This document shows, in pieces, positions 1-12,031 of a DNA stretch of 27,426 nucleotides. Numbering within the stretch: position 1 is the stretch's first letter; every line of letters begins with the position of its first letter. Position numbers and translations under genes: made by a program. The stretch is from positions 62,001 to 89,426 of the forward strand of contig KZ538264.1 in the NCBI GenBank assembly GCA_000934665.2. Reading direction: 5' to 3'. Under the pieces are notes generated by a model that was not told the origin of the DNA, did not search any database, and saw nothing but the letters and a program-made list of their open reading frames with translations. This DNA comes from Catajapyx aquilonaris. Lineage: Eukaryota.

Positions 1-19
1 CCGGTTTTCCTGAAACTTC

Positions 20-301
20 ACTCCCGTCCTGCCCCCACTATATCCCTCCTCCCCTTCCTCCCCCCTTCTCCTAGTTGCAGGGCGCCATATTTCAGGAGGA
101 CTCGCCTTGGCAACGTTCCAACACTGCAAATGGGCTTGTCAGGCCCTGCCCCACACCCCCCCCCCCCCCCCCCCCNCCCCCCCCCCCCTCTCCCCTCTTC
201 TCAAAAAAAAAAAAAATCCTCCCTTCCCTCCCCATCTCCTCAACAATGGGCCCCGCTAGCAGCCAATCAGGGCCTCCGTCCTCCCCCTCCCCCTCTTTTC
301 T
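20..301. repeat. Low-complexity pyrimidine-rich region with poly-C and poly-A
   Basis: Poly-C at 156-188 (with an N at 176), A14 at 203-216 and flanking CT-rich tracts. These account for the Pro/Gly-rich ORFs at 75-363. Confidence 0.9.
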
Positions 302-1291
302 ACCCATTCATTCCTTTGTTCCCACGTAATTTCCAAAATCACCACGCAGCATTAGAAAAATGACACGTGAGCTAAGGGGCTCTTATTTTTGGGCGAGGTG
401 TGGCCCTACCTGCCTCAAGTCACGGAACAATATTTGGGCTCTGTATTGTCCACACAAATTAGGAAGATCACTCATTAAGTGTGTAAGTAGGCTACTTTAA
501 GTACACAATCACAAGCAGTTACTAAGTAAACAATACATACAATCAGAAATGTTCGTATAAAAATAATGTAACAAAAATAATAATTTGATACAACCATCAC
601 TTTTAAGCATAAAGTTGATTAAAGTAACCGAAGCATAATCGGGCCTGAAGTCACTTTTCTAGCTTTTCCTCCATTCTCAGTAGTGGTGATGAAAGTTTCT
701 CGCTTATCCCGAGGGAATTTTAGAGGTAAATTTCACCCGAACAGATTCATTACAATATCGCAGCATTAATTAAGCCATCTCTGCGGGCTAAGATAAAATT
801 TACATTTGGCTTCAGCTTTTGTAGGGAATTCTCTCACTGCCGATGAGCATTTCCTCTCTTCATTCGCTTTAGCAGTTGTTGAATGAAGTGGTAGACGGTA
901 TTATGAATGACTAGAAACAGAACTTTCTTGCTGGCTCCGATTAAGCGCGAACAATTGATGCTGGGTAAGGAAAAGTACTGGAAAAACCAGCCACTTGTGA
1001 TTCAGATCGAAATGTTAAAATGTTCTCTCTTTAAAAAAAACAAGATTGGCAAATCAGCGTGATTGGAGTAGACTTTTCATACCACCCATAACTCATTTTC
1101 GGCCAAAAGTGGACTTACGCTTTTCCTCCTCCCTTCCCTACCCCCAGACTGCCCCTTTCTCCTTTAAAATATCTATCGTCTACACTATATCCTATAGCAA
1201 ACCCATCTTTTAGACTTTTCTCATCCATCGAAAAAAGTCTTATAGCAAGGCGCTGTCCGTCCGTCCGTCTGTGGACAAGTATCAGGTATCA

Positions 1292-1369
1292 GGGGGTAGG
1301 AGCAGGGAAGGGGAAAGGGTGATCTGGGGGAGGGGGTGGTGGGGAGATGTGGCAGCCAGGGGGAAGGGG
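1292..1369 (+). other. G-rich tract with G-quadruplex potential
   Basis: Nine runs of at least 3 G in 78 nt, starting at 1292, 1305, 1310, 1317, 1326, 1332, 1341, 1359 and 1366. Actual folding is not demonstrated. Confidence 0.6.
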
Positions 1370-1401
1370 CGGATTTAGTGAATCCGGAACCCGAAAATCG
1401 A

Positions 1402-1480
1402 AAAAAGTCTTATAGCACGGCTCTGTCTGTCTGTCTGATACCTGTCCACAGACAGACAGAGCCGTGCTATAAGACTTTTT
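1402..1480. repeat. Perfect inverted repeat, 33-bp arms with a 13-nt loop
   Basis: 1402-1434 AAAAAGTCTTATAGCACGGCTCTGTCTGTCTGT is the exact reverse complement of 1448-1480. The loop 1435-1447 is CTGATACCTGTCC. Confidence 0.97.
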
Positions 1481-3464
1481 CTCTAAAAAGTCTAAAAACT
1501 CATATTTTTAATGACGGGGTATTGTTGCTTGCTGCGGCTATTGCCACGTTGATTGGCTAGCAGCTGCCTCATGTAAACGGGCCTTTAAGCTCCTCTGTCA
1601 GTCTTGTCCAACTTGTTATCCGCTAGCCAGTGGTCACCCACGTGTAGAAGTGAGGAAACATTCCTATCACAATTGATTGCCCTTAACAAGCCCAAACGAA
1701 CTAAAGTGGGGGAAAGAGAGCTCTGCTGGGGAGCTGGTAAAAAGAAGAAGACAAACGCATTGCGGGGTGCTAATCCCAGTGTGGCCAGGCCCAAATCCAG
1801 TCGGTGGGGGACTGCAATCACCTAGGTGAAGGAGAGGAGGAGCCATCCTGGTGAAAGGCGAGGCCAGCCTAGGGAAAAGGGATTGAAGCACTTCTGCTGG
1901 ACCCCTGGCTCTCTCTCCCACTACACCTGCACTACCCAACAATATATATCTGGCCCTAGGAGTACCCCCCAGGAGAACACGCAATCTGCAACTCCATTAG
2001 CTGCATTCCCAGCCAGGGCTAGGATTTCGCTTGGCTGGCTTGGAATTCCTCCAGCAGCATCCGCTAAATTGATGCCTCTCCACCCCCCATCACCATGGAT
2101 CCTAGTCTCATCACTTCTATTCACATACATACTAATTAATATGACTAATACACTCGGGCGCATATTCCTGACGCGTATTTTTATTGACAAATTGGACCGA
2201 GATCAATAACTTCAGCGGCATGTTTACATCGGGCCCAGCCACATCGATGTCGTGTGACAAAAATGGGGGCATCCAGTTTTATTGTGTCTTGAAAATCCTT
2301 GATATTTCTGTTAAAAGGCACTCAAGCATTCAATAAAAAAATTACGAGCTCTGTTTTATCACGTCAAAGTTCGACCGGGACACGTATTATTAGCATGATG
2401 ACAAGCTGCAGCGGTATGATCGTAACATTATGGTCATCTATTTTATCCTCGAAGTAAGTAGGTTCAAATCCAGTTTGTATGATCGACCTGACTGATATAA
2501 GTTTTTTGCGAGCTTTTTTTTTTCTGCGTATCCACTCTGGATTGAATCAGTTCCACTAAAAGGTAGGTACGCACATACTGTCTACTGCACACTTAGACTG
2601 CAGGAACCGAAAACAGCAGGCCTGTTTGCGATGATAAGTTGTCGCGACTCAGGCAAGCTTTCATCTCTCTTCTAGGGAAATGCGCGCTGACAGGGAGATG
2701 TATCCATCTATCTATCTGGCTCCCGCTCTTCATCCCCACCCACAGCATCCCTAAGGAGCTGAGTGCAAAGTTGGCACTCTTCGGATCCCCCCCTCTCCTG
2801 GTCTCCCCATCTCCAAAACCTCCGCCTTCCCCCTACACGTCTCCTGGTGTAAGCCCCCGGAGAATCCCATCGGTCTAATGGGCTCCCGGAACACGCTGAC
2901 CTTACAAGTTGAATTGGGGTTTCCGGGAGGTCGGATCCGGATGCAAACTGCCGCCAAACTGTGCCTGCAACACTAGTTCCACGAATAAAAGGACGCCAGC
3001 CCAACAACAATGTTCCTGCCTGAACTCATCTGACTAATACGTTCTCATTCTTGCGTTCCAAACACTAGCGGAAACTCGGGTGGAAGGGACCCAGGTCCGG
3101 TTTGTCCTTTTCCAAAAAAAGAAAAAGAAAAAAAAGTTTCGCTGTCCGTTGGGCAGCATGGTGCGGGCAAGTCCACAAGAGCCTCTCTAACTGTCCACTT
3201 TGATCTTCTCGAAATGGTCGGATGAATAGGAAACTGTCGCTCACTGGCAAGTAATGGAGTGCCTGTCACCACAGCCTCTCTCATCACTCACACCGCACGA
3301 TATTCAAACGGTATGACGTGCCTGGTTACGGCTCATCTGTGACGACCAATCAACGCTCTGGGATTCTCCAAAAAGGCGTGCAAATCAGCTAATAAGGTAA
3401 AGGTGTGGCTGTATCTATGACAAATGACATTTTCCTCGATTTTCTCTTCTATTCACTTCTGCTG

Positions 3465-3484
3465 GATGTGACCCGATGTGACCC
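3465..3484. repeat. 10-bp tandem duplication
   Basis: GATGTGACCC twice. Confidence 0.85.
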
Positions 3485-3651
3485 TGCATCATAAACCAGA
3501 GTTTCGGCGTTACGCGCGATAAACAAATAAACACGATGGCAGTATTTGAAGTTTGTCCTGCGCGCGGTTGCGGTTTTGTCAAATGACCAGGATTTATTTA
3601 CCGTCCGGGAATGAACTGGAATTGACACGCCATCAAAGCAAATTTACACCC

Positions 3652-3732
<81 letters not shown>
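3652..3732. repeat. (AAT)27 perfect microsatellite
   Basis: 81 nt of uninterrupted AAT units; this explains the poly-Asn run in ORF 3553..3801. Confidence 0.99.
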
Positions 3733-3874
3733 CAGTGTAGAACTTTGCTCAAGGTGACGATCCGGAGATGGGACAGATGGGAATTTGATATCGTATTTTA
3801 ATGTATGTAGAAAAAGGCAATTTATATTGATATTGAATGATTTAGTTCACATAACTGAACCAAGCCAAACCTGT

Positions 3875-3900
3875 CCCACATTCATTTCCCACATTCATTT
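3875..3900. repeat. 13-bp tandem duplication
   Basis: CCCACATTCATTT twice, at 3875-3887 and 3888-3900. Confidence 0.9.
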
Positions 3901-4621
3901 GGTTCCACATCAGTGAAGGGTACGAGTAGTAAATTACTTTCCAACCATTGCACAAAATGAGTAACTGTTTTTTCGTAAATTGCGAAGAGAATCAAATATA
4001 GCAGAGTGTATTGATTCCCGATGCATTACGTAGCTACTACACTAAATAACATCGTTCCTGGCTGGTGGAAAGCATGTCCTACCGACTTGGGGGAACTCTG
4101 GTTTTAGTGTGAATGGCTACCATTTGGCGATATGGAGGCGTGGGCTTGATTCGAAGCAGCTTACATTGCAGTGAGAATAAATTAAAATTTAAATATTATT
4201 GAAATTCAATAGGATTAACGTTACTGTAAAAGTGCTGGTTGAATTGATCTCCAAACATGTGAGTTTTAAATTGATACAAGTCGAATTAATTCCGAAAAGC
4301 TCAGTATCAAAATGAGCAACTATGTCCTACAGGAAAGCTGCTTTTCATTGTAAAAATAATTTAATACCAGTGCAATTACTAATGTAGAGATCAAATAATG
4401 TAAATATAAGGCGCTAGTGCATCATGACATGTTTCATCCAGCTGAAGTCAATCACTCATTTCTATTTTTATTTTGAACTAAACGATCCACAAATTTCATT
4501 TTGATGTGGAGATTCACCCACATGCGACTCTGATATGAAAATGACCACAGATCCTATTTGCATAAAATTTCACTTGCATCCTTTAATTTTCGCATTCATA
4601 TGCAGGAACAGAGTATATAAA

Positions 4622-4886
4622 TTAGCTGTTAAGCGATCATGGTATTATTGGGGAGGTCCCGGGTTCGATCTCCGATGCAGACAACACTGAACAGGGTCTT
4701 CTGTGGGTTTCCTTAGGTCACTTCCCAGGCTGTTCATGGACTGCTATCTCTCTAGCATGGTCACATAAGCCTCCTTCTTACTTCCCTATACCCTTGTTCC
4801 CTGATGTGTCGTACAGAAATGGGCTGCCTGAGTCTGGCTTGGCTGTGAAAGGTCCGCAAGGAGCCACAACCCCTGAATCTCCTCCT
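4622..4886 (+). mobile_element. Degenerate tRNA-derived SINE-like element (3' boundary uncertain)
   Basis: GGAGGTCCCGGGTTCGATCTCCG (4652-4674) matches a tRNA variable loop plus T-arm/Pol III B box (GGTTCGATC; 4 of 5 stem pairs). A degenerate A-box-like TAGCTGTTAAGCG lies at about 4623-4635. Downstream CTGTGGGTTTCCTTAGGTCACTTCCCAGGC (4701-4730) recalls SINE central domains (from memory, unverified). There is no acceptor stem, so it is not an intact tRNA. Confidence 0.55.
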
Positions 4887-5353
4887 ACAAACCCAAAACC
4901 GTTCGTAGGCAGGATGAATAAGGGAATCCTTATACGTATCTGCAGTCAGTGCAGTAGTGTGGCATGTTACAGTCTAACAGTAACGTGAAGAAATTCATCG
5001 CCGTATATAGTGACAAATATTCAATAATTTCACATATCCAGCGAGCCTATTAAGTTACATTTATAATGTTTTGTCCCTATTTAGTGCAGGGATATATTGT
5101 GGTTGCTTTTCTGTAAATAATCAGATATAAAGGATTACAAGATGAGAAATGCAGGTCTTAGCCAGGATGGTGGCTGTTTATCCCGAGACCATGAATTTCA
5201 ATTCGTCTGGCAGTATAAGTTAGGTAAAGACAATCATGCCAGTGGATTTGTTGACTTACAAGGCAACAGTAACGATCAGAGCAGCAAATCCCGTAATCCT
5301 CCCATTAAAGATTCAGCAAAGCCTGGCAGAGAATACGATTACTGAGCATATGC

Positions 5354-5383
5354 GACGATGATGATGATGATAATGATGACGAC
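5354..5383. repeat. Imperfect (GAT/GAC)10 trinucleotide repeat
   Basis: GAC GAT GAT GAT GAT GAT AAT GAT GAC GAC. Confidence 0.85.
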
Positions 5384-6986
5384 TCCTGCGAAGATGAGGG
5401 AAAAGGTAAGAGCATCAAGTGTCGCATTATCAAGGATGGATCCATGAAACATGAGTGGGGCGGAGGGTCGACAACAATTTGCATAAGACTCCCGCCGCAA
5501 AAATTCTGCTCATTTTTACAAATGAGCTTGTTTCGCCAGGAACGTAGAAGTATTTTTTAAATGAGATTATTTACACCTATAATGCACAGGATATTGACTA
5601 GCCCACTATTATTTTTCCTCATAATTTTACTATGAAAAAACCGAGTTTAGCTAAAAGGCTTGCAGCTGTTATTCCAGGGCAGTGGGAATTATCGCCCCGG
5701 TGCGGTGGTGGCTAAATGTTGACTTCCAAAAGGCTGAATTCAGGAGAGAGATTACGCCAGGCGTATAGGCTGTTTAAGTCTGGCCGTGTTAATCCGGATT
5801 GGGTTCTAGATGGTTTCTTACTGGTTTACCTTGGGGCTGGAAGCACTCCCAAGGGGAAGAGAGAAAAGGAAGAGCTCGCCTTTTATATCGTTCCTTCCTA
5901 TACGCTGTTGGCCTGCAGGCCAAAATCTGGAATATGAAACTCGGAGAAGCCATAAGTAGCATGGGGATTCCTCCATTCTCTTCCTCCAGGCGCCAAAGTG
6001 TAAAGTTCCATCAAGGCATTCGAAGATAATTGAGGCGCACGAGTGTATTTATATATTTGTGTTTTTTTTGGGAGGTCTCCCATAAGCTTCACCCTACTTC
6101 TTTCTCAGTGAAGTCAAATGGGAGGAAAAGTTAGGCCACGGGCGGGTTGTATCTTTTTGGCCGCGATTCTCCCGACAGAACTTTTCCATATTAGCGGAAA
6201 ACCGATATCGACTGTCGCGGCATTTTTTCTCTCTCTCTTATTTTTTGCGAATCCGAACCTCCGCCCCCTCCAGTCCCCAAACTCCTCCCGCACTATCTTT
6301 TTCCTGGGCCCGCTTCCAATAGATCTTTTTTTGACCAGGTGAAGCCAATATATTTTTACTCAGTCACGTTTCGATTGTAACCCTTTGAAAATGTTTTTAC
6401 CATCCATGGTTGTCAGGTTAACTGTGACGAGCACATATGACTGAGGCGAGAAATCAATATTTAAAAAGTCAGAATTTTTATTTAGCGCAATGCTGTGCAA
6501 ATATTTTTATATTTCAAAAGAAACTATGATAAAGCGTGGATAATCTATAAGTTATCGTCATGCAAAAGAACACTATGATATACCGGCACCCCAGACTACC
6601 ATATTTGCATTAGAAATAGAATTTGATTAGCTTTATTAATCACCTTGCTTTAAAAGTTCACCAGTTTATGTTCAGAATAATTAGGTACATTAATTATGTT
6701 AATTAATTTAACAGAGCCAGGTTCTGTAACAGAGATAATATAAAAAAAGCAATGATCTTTTCTGACAGCCAATGTTGTGAACCCCAAACTTTATAAACAC
6801 ATAACGATACTGAATTAATGCGAAAGGGATTTTTGAATATGCAGTAAAATATTAATGGCTGCAAGGCTAACGAGCATTGAATACAAACCCGAAAGTTCTG
6901 AACATACACGTCCCTTATTAGTGAGAGGCTTATGCAAAAACTCGCACAAATTTTGCTGTATAGACTCAAAAAATGTGAGATTTCAA

Positions 6987-7017
6987 CTGTTATTATAATA
7001 AACCTGTTATTATAATA
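6987..7017. repeat. 14-bp direct repeat with a 3-nt spacer
   Basis: CTGTTATTATAATA at 6987-7000 and 7004-7017. Confidence 0.9.
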
Positions 7018-10000
7018 TAGTAATGTGTATACCTTTCTTACTTATTAATATTGTGGGCACCGCATTTCTTTAATAATGCGAATACCCTAAAATGACGCAC
7101 CCTCCAAAAATGTCCAAAAATGCAAAGTAGCAGTGAGGACAAGAAGTGACTGGCCTGGGTCCAAGACGCCTCTCGTCTCTGAGGCAGAAATGGTCGTTCC
7201 CGAAGCAGTTGAAACAGCCTAATCAGAGTCGAAATGCATCTGCGCACTCGCACCTTTTTCCTTCCTCAGCACCCTCTTCCAGGAGGAAAATGCGGAGGAA
7301 AACAGGCCGGAACATTATCCCTTGGCCCGGAAATTAAAGGCTGCGCTTTACAGCTCAGTTTAGCCCCATCCAGCAAACTTCCTCAGCCGGTCCGATTCTC
7401 TCACTTCGCAAACATCTCAGCCTAACCACAGTTCCAAATGACGTCATGCTGGCTAATCAGCATTAATCCGCTTCAAATGAACGTACCCTCCCGTACCCTC
7501 TGTTTATACCTCCCACCAAACTCCTCTTTTATTTATTCCCGAGGTGATTAATTATAAAAAATAGCCGGCCTCGGTTCTCTCGGCCCAGAGGAAAACCGAA
7601 GGGGAATTTGTCATCCGGGTTTTCCGCCACCAGCTTTATTTCCGCACAACCGAAATCTGCTTTAAGCGTAGGATTTACTCCCGTTTTCTACCCGTACATA
7701 TATACACTCCTGGGGCAAACAGCACCAATTTGTTATCCTTTATTAAGAACGACAAGGGCGAGGAGGCAAGGGAAAAGGACTGACCTGACCCAAGACCAAA
7801 ATCGCATAATGCCAGTAGGACCGTAACTCTGGACAAAACCTGGTTGTTTTTGTGTGCAGGGGTTTAGGTGCTGTCCGGATTCAATTTGAAGGCGGTTTTA
7901 TCCAATGGGTGAGCATTAGAACCAGGCATAAAGTGGCCATTTTGGGTGCCCTGGGTGTAAGCAGATGGAGACGAGCCAGAAAAAGAACATGCACTTGTCC
8001 AACCAGGCGCAAAGTTCAAACATCGTATATGATTATTGAGCGACCAGAAGCCTTTTCAGTGGGGGTTATGTCCCCCCAGAAGGTCCGCAGGGAAGAGATA
8101 GTTGTGGGTGTGACGTCACCTAACCGCCGTTGCCATTAAGGCGAGTGAAATGGCCCGTGGGCTGCTCCCCTGCTTGGACCCCATACGCACTAACTAACTA
8201 CCCTTAAACCTGCCCGCTAAAACCCACCCACGCTACTTGCATTTTATTAACGGCCTGCAAGTGCCCCAGCAGGATAAAAGACTTGCGGATGAATAATGAC
8301 CAACAGCAACGCCCTGTTAATTACGACACTTATCTGTCTATATAAATAACTGTAGTGTGTACATGTAAGAACTTTTCGACAGCAATCCGAAAATCTTCTC
8401 ATTCTTCCTAGCTGCGTTCTCATTTCCTTTCCATCTGCTTGCTATAGATAGATAACCGCACAATCGAACTCCGCATCGAGCCTGTCGGAATGCTCAGAAA
8501 CTTCTGCAATCAGTTCCCAACGCCGCTTCCAGAATCCATTCCCCTTTTCTGATAGCACAACTTACGTCTCTAACTCGCTCCAAATAATTATTTCACTAAA
8601 CAGGGGGGAAAAAATGGCACCCTTTTCACTTTCAGGGACCACAGCAAGTGAAATGGGGGAGTACTTAGGGATCAATCCCATCTGCATTATTGCAGTATCC
8701 GTCTAGATGTCAGACGGATATTGGGTAAGGTATATGCTAGAGGAAATCTGATACATCAGGGCATACAATAGAAAGTATAAAAACCTATAGAAAATCGTGG
8801 CTTTCTGGCTTATTATTGATCAGCGTTAGAAAATGGAGGTGATAAAGCAGAAAACTTGCTACTTATCGCTATAGTATGCCCAGAAGCCTTATATGTCCAG
8901 CCTAATACTGTAAGCGGCAAGAAACTACTGTAGTGCAGGATATTTGGAGAGGAAGCAACCGTGGAAATATTCTGAGAAGACAGCATGTAGGACTAGTTTC
9001 GAAGAAAAGTTGGGGATCAACATGATCATGTTGACTTATGCTTGTGGCTGCGGCATGTAAGGGCTTTCAGGCAGAAATCTCTGCAGCTGGTCCAGGTTTT
9101 CTTTTGTGGCTCACGTGCCACAGCTCTCAGGAATTATTTAACGGAAGCTTTAAAAACATACATGCAAAATCAATACCTGTAGGCTTGCGTTTAACATTCA
9201 CCTCACGGTGGCTAAGTCTGCATACATGACGTCACTACACTTTCAAGGATTCTCCGTATAATTCTCTGTACAAGCAGTGTTGGTAAAATGTACATGAACT
9301 ACCGGTGGGCTATTTGCAGCTGGCAGTTAAATATTAGAATACGTCGCCACTATATAGCTTAAAAACTACTGCACACTATGAAATTGAATATAATTTTTGA
9401 TTTTGTGCGTCTGATAATTTTTAAACTCTGAGCGCCTTGGAGGAATTCTCTGAATATTCCAACCTGTTTGGTCCAAACCTTCAGCAGCTCCAAGCAAAGA
9501 ACACGAGAAGGAAGCCACTCTGGAAAATAACATTACCAAATTAGCCCCACGAAGTGCAGGGTTGGAAAAAAAAAATCATAAACGTTCCAGCCGGCAGCAA
9601 TATTTGGTTGTTGGCGTGTTTTATGCCTGGAACGGCAGCATCGCGAAACATGCCGGAAACAATAGCCGACCCCTAATATTGTATTTAAAATAATAAATGG
9701 CCAGTTTGGAGGTGGACGTGCAAACAACAGCAGCAGTTTGATTGCACGGGACGTAAGAAGAATGGACACGAGTGTGGTAGTGTTGACACTAGGAGGCTCG
9801 CAGCTACTAATAACCAGGCGCAAATTAGCCCCGGGCACCGTCACCCATGTTGTTTATGCATTTTGATTGCCAACGCAAAACTGACTGCCGCCGTTAACGT
9901 CACAGCGATATGCAAATAAATGGATCTATCTTGGGGTTTCCGCATCCATTGAAATTGATTACGATTCAAAATGATTGCGCCCCTGCTATTTTATTCGGAC

Positions 10001-11980
10001 GTTGTCAATGTGCTGCCAACTGAATCTGGCGGATTAGGCGAAAAACGAGCCCCCTGATTAATTACTTTTAGTACCCGTGAGCGTAAGATTTGCTGGTTCA
10101 GCTGAAAAAAAATGACGTGCGTAAACATAGCTTAAGCCCGCGGTTGACCCGGGTCACACCTAAATTTGTCCCCATGTCAATCCAGATAGGCTAGTTTGGG
10201 ATTCAGCTTGGGGTGTGGGGTTTGTAATTAAGTGAGTAAAGTTGAAGGTGGTACTGGATCGCTAGGTTTCTCCGTGAGGTGAGCAGCCCAGGTTCTAACC
10301 TCCCACTGAGCTCATTACGGCCAAGTTTGCTTAAGGACAAAAGAAGTGCTGCGAACGCCGCCGCTTTTTCGCTTAACAACTGCGGGGCCCGGATTAATTC
10401 GCGAGTTTTTATCCGGCTTCTTCCTCCCTAACTCTTAGCATCGCTGACGGACTTAACTTTGTTGTTTAATCAGTTTGCCAAACAAAAGAGGGGGCTGGAA
10501 GAGAAGAAGGTGGGAGAGGTTGCCACGAAGGAGGTGGTGGTTAATAGCCTGCTGTTTTTGGAAGGAAAATAAGATTCAACGCCCAACGTGTATCAAACCA
10601 TCTTTTTTTCCTTAAGCTGCCGGAAGTAATCGGAACCAAGTAAACCACAGTAAATAGTGGAATTATTATTTTTTTGGTGGGTGGCAGACTGGCAGGGGTC
10701 AAATTTTTTTTTCCAAAGCTGGCAACAGATGGTGGCATCACATCCGGCGGAAGCGATTTATGCTTCATTTTCCTTCTAATTAAAATCCATAATCACGGCG
10801 TGTCAAACACTAATCCCCGGCCTTTCATATTGAGGTCGGAAAGTCAACACGAGCCAACCGCCGCAAAGGGAATTTTTGTCCTTCTCAGCCTTTTCTTATT
10901 TTTATTCAACCCCCCCCCCCCCCTCTCCTCAGTTCCAAGTTTCTCAGGTTGCCAAAGAGCTAATTATTCGCCTAAGCAACTCATGGCTTTCGTCAAACTT
11001 CCTCTCCTCTCCGATTCCACCACTTAGTGAGCGCCTAACTTTGTTTAATTAAAGAAGACGCCGGGATCATTCCTTCTCAGCAAACCCCTCCTACCGATTG
11101 CCTTCAAGGCACAATATCTGGTCACTAAAAATCAAACATTGGCCTCCCTTCACATAAAAAAACATGGAAACAAAGTGCTTCCCAAGAGTACACTTGAATA
11201 GCAAAAAAAAGCCCTCGTCTATCACTTTGGTTGCAAGAGTTGTTTTGATGAAGGCAAATCACAGAACCTCACTTTTGAAGCTCTCTCAACAGTTGGTTGC
11301 TTTTCTAGGAAACTGAGAATTTTTTTTGCCTCCTTCCAGGTTCTAAGGGGCGGAATATTCACAACTTGGGTATAAAGCTCGGAAGTTATTGGTATTTCAG
11401 TAGTCCAAAAGTGGGCCGCCTTTTTCAGGATCCAATAATGAAGGCAGGATGTTTCCCTTATGGATTCGGATTAAGGCAACCCAGGGCCGGGTCTTGATTA
11501 AGTCAAAGAAACAGGGGCAGCAGCGTGTCAAGAAAGCCAAGCTAGGGGTCCCCTCCCACCTTCTCTTAACCACCATACCCCCCCTTTCTTCTAAACTCCG
11601 GAAGCAGACACGCGACAATTAATGCCCAAAAAGCCCATTTTCCGGCCTTTTCTCACAGTCCCATCCACCCCCGCTCTTTGTTCAACCAAATGGAAAAGCG
11701 CTATTGATTTTCTCTTCCTAGCTCTTTGCAGCTTGGTTTTAGAATCCTGCAGGAAAACACTCGCTTCTAAGTCCCTCTACTGGGAGGGGGGGGGGGAGAC
11801 AATTTTTTTTTGTAAAATACTTGAGGACACTTGTCCGTGTCGCTCCGGATCTCCAGACTTGGCCTCCTTCCATTTTTCCTGGCCTATTTCCTCCGGCGAG
11901 AAGACATGTCTTCTAGTCGAGGTCAGCCCTCATTTTCATCTGGGACTAATCACCAAAGGAGTTCCCGGCCTCCTAATCAC

Positions 11981-12031
11981 NNNNNNNNNNNNNNNNNNNN
12001 NNNNNNNNNNNNNNNNNNNNNNNNNNNNNNN
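11981..12031. other. Assembly gap (51 N) abutting a poly-G run
   Basis: Run of N characters; the true distance and continuity across the gap are unknown. Confidence 0.99.

Larger units (their letters stand above)
1208..1498. mobile_element. Cluster of three Helentron-associated (HINE/DINE-1-like) 5'-end fragments; the outer two are inverted relative to each other
   Basis: Copy A (+, 1208-1285) reads TTTT-AGACTTTT...AAAAGTCT-TATAGCA...(GTCC)n GTCTGTGGACAAGTATCAG. Copy B (+, 1397-1434) reads ATCGAAAAAAGTCTTATAGCACGGCTCT(GTCT)n. Copy C (-, 1435-1498) reads TTTTT-AGACTTTTT-AGAG-AAAAAGTCT-TATAGCACGGCTCT(GTCT)n GTGGACAGGTATCAG. A T-run, a short subterminal repeat with its nearby inverted copy, then a (GTCY)n microsatellite is the known layout of HINE/DINE-1-type 5' ends. 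The family call rests on structure only. Confidence 0.7.

Noticed and set aside
75..363. Pro-rich and Gly-rich ORFs
   Set aside because: They are translations of poly-C/poly-G and poly-A tracts containing an N, with no real coding signal.
2461..2471. Pol III B-box match GGTTCAAATCC with downstream T-runs
   Set aside because: No convincing A box or tRNA stems; an isolated 11-mer can be chance.
3553..3801. Poly-Asn ORF
   Set aside because: Entirely explained by the (AAT)27 microsatellite; it has a TTG start and no recognisable domain.
9467..9490. Partial resemblance to miR-133 (TTTGGTCC...CCTTCAGCAGCT)
   Set aside because: It needs a 3-nt insertion plus mismatches, and there is no complementary upstream arm to form a pre-miRNA.
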